From positions 100,874,001 to 100,938,000 of the forward strand of contig OX597816.1 in the NCBI GenBank assembly GCA_951406725.2: a stretch of 64,000 nucleotides of DNA, given 5' to 3'. Both the position numbers and the translations under genes were made by a program. Under the pieces are notes generated by a model. It was given only the letters and a program-made list of their open reading frames with translations. It had not been told where the DNA came from and did not search any database. This DNA comes from Octopus vulgaris (lineage: Eukaryota). This document shows, piece by piece, positions 58,050-64,000 of the stretch (within the stretch, counting starts at the first letter, position 1; each line of letters begins with the position of its first letter).

Positions 58050-60500
58050 TCTTGATAAGTTGATAATACTATTCCATTTACAGTTTTTAAGCTTCTTTGT
58101 TGTAGTATAACAGTATTCTCATAAATTAAAGATCTGTGTGACTAGGATTTAAGTTGATAATACGAGTCTTATACAAATCATGGCACATTATCCGTCACAA
58201 CCACCAATCAGCTTTTCTGGTTGTCTTCGTTCTTTCATAACTTATCCCAAACTCATTACTGATTCACATGTAATACTGCAATATATGACGGTAAAAGGTG
58301 ATTATTATTAGCCTCAGGAGCAACAACAACCAGTTTTAAATACAGTCAACTTAGTTATTCCTGGCTTACAGTTCGCCAATCATTTGCTTGACTATATTCA
58401 TTATGAGTAATTTGTTCATTCTGTAGATGCTCTGGAAGCTTTTGAACTGCAGGATATTGCTTATGCATTGGGAATGCAGAAAGTTTCAGATAAGTCTAGA
58501 AAACACTGAGTCTTCACAAATACCCGAATTTCGTTTTATGCCTGCTACCCACCTGGAATTTGAGCCATCGCGTGATCCGATCCTTTGGTAATGTTTTTGC
58601 AGTCATTCTTCACTGCTTCCGTCAATGCCACTATTTCAGCAGTGGTATGTGCCTCATACGTTGCGCTAAGTGTAGGTTTATACGGTACGGACCAATGATT
58701 GCTAATCTTTATCTCCCGTCTGTGTGTTTGCAAAATGCAGGATTTCCCGCCATATTATCCCAATTAGAGTCTTTAAAAAGGAAACGAATTTTCATTCTTA
58801 ACAATGTAGCTTGTACTGTTCGGAAATCCTTTCTGAAATTTACAATATGTTTCTGTACGGACTTTTGAGACTGGATTGTCCACGGGGACCGAAGGATCAT
58901 GTTATTTTGAAATATATTGAATAACAAAAGACTCTTGATCTAGATTCTCAGCACAAACAAATCGCTCAATATCAGTTGTTCCCTGGGGTTATTTCTTTCT
59001 TCTAGGTTTAAAAGAACACGACTGTCTGGCTATCCTCTCTGCTAGATTTCTTTCATACATGGTTAACGTTTTAACTCTTTAAGTAGGTCATGAAGATGCT
59101 TCAGATTTTAATGAAACACTCTTTCTCTATCAAATCGATCACTTGGATTTTCACATGGAAAAAATCATGACTTTAATCTTTTTTTCCAGTTCGGATTTGT
59201 CGTATATGTAATGGCAATATCCTGCGCTCCAAAGCTTCTGACGTTGCTCATGGATTCTTGGAATGCTTCTTGGAAATCCATATATATACACGATGGTGTT
59301 ATGATTTTGCCTTGATTTCATTATTCTCCATCCACAGCACCAACAAGACCTTTGTAAGTGACCGGATGTATCATTATTTTTGTGGGTTTTTTTTAATATT
59401 TTCGTTATAGTTACATCCCTTTATTTTTATCTATCAGTCTTGACAGAATAGACATGTGCAAGTTTTTGGCAGAGATTCCTTAACGTTAGCGTTATAAAAT
59501 TATATGTTTCAGCTACTTGCAAATATAATTCTGTATGAATGAAATCTGTTTATTATTTCTGATACTCTTAACGTTTATTCTTTATGTCAATCAGTGCCAA
59601 AAGTAAGCACGATGTAGTAAAGAGCATCAAAACTTCAGAGTATCTTTATATGTATACAGCCATGTGCTTCCACATATATGATACTTCGAGGTATCTTATA
59701 TATATACGACCAGCTGCTTCTACATATGTAGACAATTGCATACAGTCCCAATTCTGTGACAAATGTTCCTGTACAATTCTAATTTTGGACTATAACCTGG
59801 CATCGTTGTTAACTAACAACAGGGAATTCAAGGCCAAGGTGATCCACAAGAGGAAGCTTTTTCTAGATATGTTAATGGTTCAAAATTTGGTAATTATTGC
59901 CTTTTCCATCCCAGTGGTTTGATGTGTTTCAGCCGCATTACAAAACCTGCACTTGTTCTCATTACACACGTGGAAAAGTTCTGGTTTTGCACTGGGTTAT
60001 GGAAGAAACACAATCCAAAACAATAGCAATCTTTTCTCTTAAACTGAACTTCAAAGTGACGATTTCAGGCGGTTTTTAATAGCTTTCCTTTCTTCTCCAC
60101 TTTCATTTTATAAAACTTGAGACATACAGTTTCTGTAAGATAATAACCGAGTGATTTTTCACTTTCAAATAATCATGCTTTTCTGTTGGTTGCTAAGAGG
60201 TAGTTTCTTTCTGAATCACTTTCTCTTAATCACTTTCTCTTAATCACAGTTTCTACATGCAACCAGGGAGGTGTTTCTAAATTCTCCAGCTTCCTCTGCA
60301 TGTTGACGCTGTATTTTCCCGTGCCTCTATTTTGCTATGTTCTCTTGGCATTGTTATAATTTTACTTCGTTCAAGAAAACATCCGAATGATAGATTTCTT
60401 ATTTATATAATCTTTAAGGAATTATAAAATTGGTCTGCTGGAATCAGCTTGTCGCAAGCAAGTTAAATGGTGATTTCTAAAATTTTATAGGGCAGCACCA
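58050..60500 (-). mobile_element. Probable heavily decayed BEL/Pao LTR-retrotransposon internal region
   Basis: Minus-strand fragments in gag-PR-RT order: VCNENKCRFC...H (Cys knuckle), NCTGTFVTE, SRED, FQNN, IGPYRINLHLAQRMR (GPxLxNxLxxVLxRFR-like). No LTRs found; ends approximate. Confidence 0.4.
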
Positions 60501-60628
60501 GTTGAGATTAAAATTTATTTAAAACATAATTTAAGACACACATACATGCACAGAGCTAACGCAAATTTATGTTTTCAATTTTTTGTGCATTACTAAAACT
60601 ACACTTATTTTTATTCTCAGTCTATCTT

Positions 60629-60709
<81 letters not shown>

Positions 60710-62043
60710 GGAAGAAATCCATTGTGTTTGGGTTTGGAGAGTCAAGGGCTCCGCCATGTTTAAAATGCTCGAGACACGGCGTATGTCATAACGGTGTTCC
60801 TACAACTATTATATTTCATGTCTGTGCTCCGTCTTTGCTTGAGAATTTATCGTCTTGTTCTAACAGTATTTATCCTTGATCGCTCTGGCTACAACTATCG
60901 AATGCCGCTCCACAAAGTGAACGTATTAGGTAATCGAAACCATAAAGCGTATTCAATTGAAGGTTGATGAAAGGAACTATTTTGTATAACCTTATTTTTC
61001 CATCCGACCCTTTAATGTCTATTTGTTTTGTCGTGCCTTTCCTCGTCCCAATCCTCCCATGTAAACTTTGGTCCAAAGACATTCCACTTACCCTGTTTTC
61101 GCTCCGTTCTGGTTGTATAGTTATTGTCCGTTCTGTAAATGTCCATGTCTTGTACGTCTTTTGTACTTCGCCTGGTACACACCTTTTAGTATATTTCTTA
61201 TTGTTAATGCACACAGCTTCCTTTTTTCGCAACATTAACTTGTTTAACCATTTACCTTTTTCCGCAATCTTTCCTTCTCCCTTTCCTCTCACACACACAC
61301 TCTCTCTCTCTTTCTTACCCCCTTCCCCACCTGCTTTCTTAACCCTTTTCTCCTTGCGTCCTTCCCGTCAGTTCTACTACTGCTGTATTTTTATATATGG
61401 TAATTTATTTTTTATTTGCTTTCACTACCAGTTTTCTCTTGTATGATAGCTTTTTATTCTTTGACCGCTGGTACATTCGGACGAGTCTTTTCTCCATTCC
61501 CTTGATCAAAAGGCCTTCTATAATTTCTCTTCATGTTGATCCGTGCACACTCTTGTATTTTCTAAGTCGCAAGACTATTTAAATATTTTGTTTACAGTCG
61601 AAAGACTGTCACTTTTCTTGTCTGTGCTACACTCCTGAAACAGATAACCTAGCACTAGCTATCGAATACTGCTCCACTAGTGGGAACGCAATGAGGTGTT
61701 CGAAACCATGGAGAACATTTTGTTGGTGGCTAATTGAAGAATTTTTTTGTATCATTTTTACCGTCCTGTTCCATGTCTATTAGCTTTTGCTTGCCTTTAT
61801 CACTTACCCGTCTCTCGGTGTAAAATCTTGTTGAAAGACACTCCACGTTCACTATCTCTGCTTCGTCCTGATGGTTTTTTTTCTTTGCCCTCTTTTGTAA
61901 ATTTTACGAACTCATTCCTGTCTCGGTCTTTAGTACTTCACTCATTGCACTCGTAAACACACACACACATTCGTACATACATCTATATATACACACATAT
62001 GCACGTATGTATATATATTCATATATGTATGTATGTGTATGTA

Positions 62044-62108
<65 letters not shown>

Positions 62109-62148
62109 GTATATATATATACATATGTTTATATTATATATATGGTTG

Positions 62149-62193
<45 letters not shown>

Positions 62194-63097
62194 CTTCTCA
62201 CGCCATGTATCTGTAACTATAAACTCTACTAATCGGTTAATTATTTCATTTTCTCTACCCTATCCATTCTCTCTTTGTCTCTTTCCATTAATCTTCCACG
62301 ATGTGTTTCTCTCTTACTTCTCCTTACCTGACTTCCCTCCACCCCTATCAGTTCACTGTTTCCTCATTTAACTTTTCGTCTCAAACATGTAATACACACA
62401 ATTAATCTCACTTTATCTGTCACACACGTTGCTTTCCGGATCTTTTTCTCTTCAACTCTTATTCTACCTTTTTCCAAGTTTGTGGCAGCGCAGTGTAGAA
62501 CGTTTTCATTCGTTTCCAGAGAGAGAGAGTGGAGGTGCAGAAACAAATTGTTACAACACGTATTTTACATTGAAACCAATGAGTTTTTGTAACCATACAC
62601 TCCTCTAGACTCTTATGCCCCACCCCCACTTTTTTCTTTGGCATAATCTGTTCAGATTCCTCTAATTTCTTGCTCTCGTTTTTATTCTCCTATGATCTCT
62701 CTCTCTCTCTCTCTCTTTCTCTCTCATTCACTCGCCCATCAATTCTATTTATCATCCACTGTCTTTCCTTCCTTCAAGAAAGTAACAAGCTTTACTTATT
62801 CCTTATTCTCTAATATTTTACCCTCTTTCTTAATTTTCACTAACTCTGCGGCCAAATGTTATACACCATTTTGATTTGTATCGTCTGGTCTTCTTTAGTA
62901 AGGATTATATAAATCAAGCGCCAAAAAAATAAAAAATAAAAACACATAAGCAAATAGGCGTATGTTCTCCCCTATACCGAATTCTTATGCATGCCTTTCC
63001 CTGCACTTTTACACACCCCCACAGACGCGTGACGCACTTTTACACACCCCCACAAACGAACAGAGAAAGTTGGGAGGAGGAATGGAATTAATGCATG

Positions 63098-63151
<54 letters not shown>

Positions 63152-63318
63152 ATAGTATTGAACAGTGAGAATGAGTACTCAGCACCGCATTTGGTGGGAA
63201 AACATTTATTTGTAGATTAACAATGCCAGCAATGGTTTCATGTGGAGAGATGTCATCCAGCATAGAGACAGATGGCCAACATTCTTGAGTGGAATACTTT
63301 AAAAATTTCAAACACCCA

Positions 63319-63468
63319 TGGCTATGTGGTAAGAAGCTTGCTTCTCAACCACATGGTTCTGGGTTCAGTCCCACTGCATGGCACCTTGAGCAAGCGTTTA
63401 CTATGCCCTCGGACCGATTAATGCTTTGTGAGTGGATTTGGTAGACGGAGACTGAAAGAAGCCTGTCG

Positions 63469-63536
<68 letters not shown>

Positions 63537-63738
63537 AGTGCTTGTCCCCACCACCATCGCTTCACAACCGATGTTGGTGTGCTTACGTCCCCATAACTTA
63601 GCGGTTCGGCAAAAGAAGCCGATAGAATAAGTACTAGGCTTACGAAGAATAAGTCCTGGGGTCTGTTTGTTCGAGTAAAGGCGGTGCTCAGCATGGCTGC
63701 AGTCAAGTGACTGACACAAGTAAAAGAGTAAAAGAGTA
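63319..63738 (+). mobile_element. SINE family A copy
   Basis: High similarity to 35522-35960, including the taaaagag tail. Confidence 0.9.
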
Positions 63739-63812
63739 CCCATATAAAACCTGTAGTAGCAGTGTTAATTCACAACTAAATTATATATACGTATAATATA
63801 TATCTATAAATA

Positions 63813-64000
63813 GGCGGCGAGCTGGCAGAAACGTTAGCACGCCGGACGAAATGCGTAGCCGTAACGTTCTGAGTTCAAATTCCGCCGAGGTCGACTTTGC
63901 CTTTCATCCTTTCGGGGTCGATAAATTAAGTCCCAGTTACGCACTGGGGCTGAATTAATGGACTTAGTCCCTTTGTCTGCCCTTGTTTGTCCACTCTATG
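63813..64000 (+). mobile_element. tRNA-derived SINE family B, running off the window end
   Basis: ggcggcgagctggcagaa A-box-like head, B box gagttcaaattcc, central gcctttcatcctttcggggtcgataaattaag. Confidence 0.85.

Overview
AT-rich, microsatellite-saturated eukaryotic DNA. The SINE families suggest a cephalopod, probably Octopus; this is recognition by eye, not a database result. I can support no intact protein-coding gene, and most ORFs in the track are translated (TA)n/(CA)n/(TATG)n repeats. The window is mostly decayed mobile elements: two RTE LINEs, an RLE-type non-LTR 3' end, a Buster/Charlie hAT with both ends and an 8-bp TSD, pogo and mariner pieces, a 309-bp Helitron, at least two tRNA-SINE families, Penelope-like (PLE) remnants and a probable BEL/Pao remnant. 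The strongest signal is about a dozen minimal type-I hammerhead ribozyme (HHR) motifs with very short, mostly palindromic stem III, from several unrelated short repeat families. Three families occur as divergent inverted pairs, and one pair is a tRNA-promoter + HHR unit inserted as a single TSD-flanked palindrome. Another unit shows an end-to-start junction. Together these look like a PLE/retrozyme-type system of non-coding mobile RNAs. CpG also appears depleted left of about 21 kb and retained to the right.
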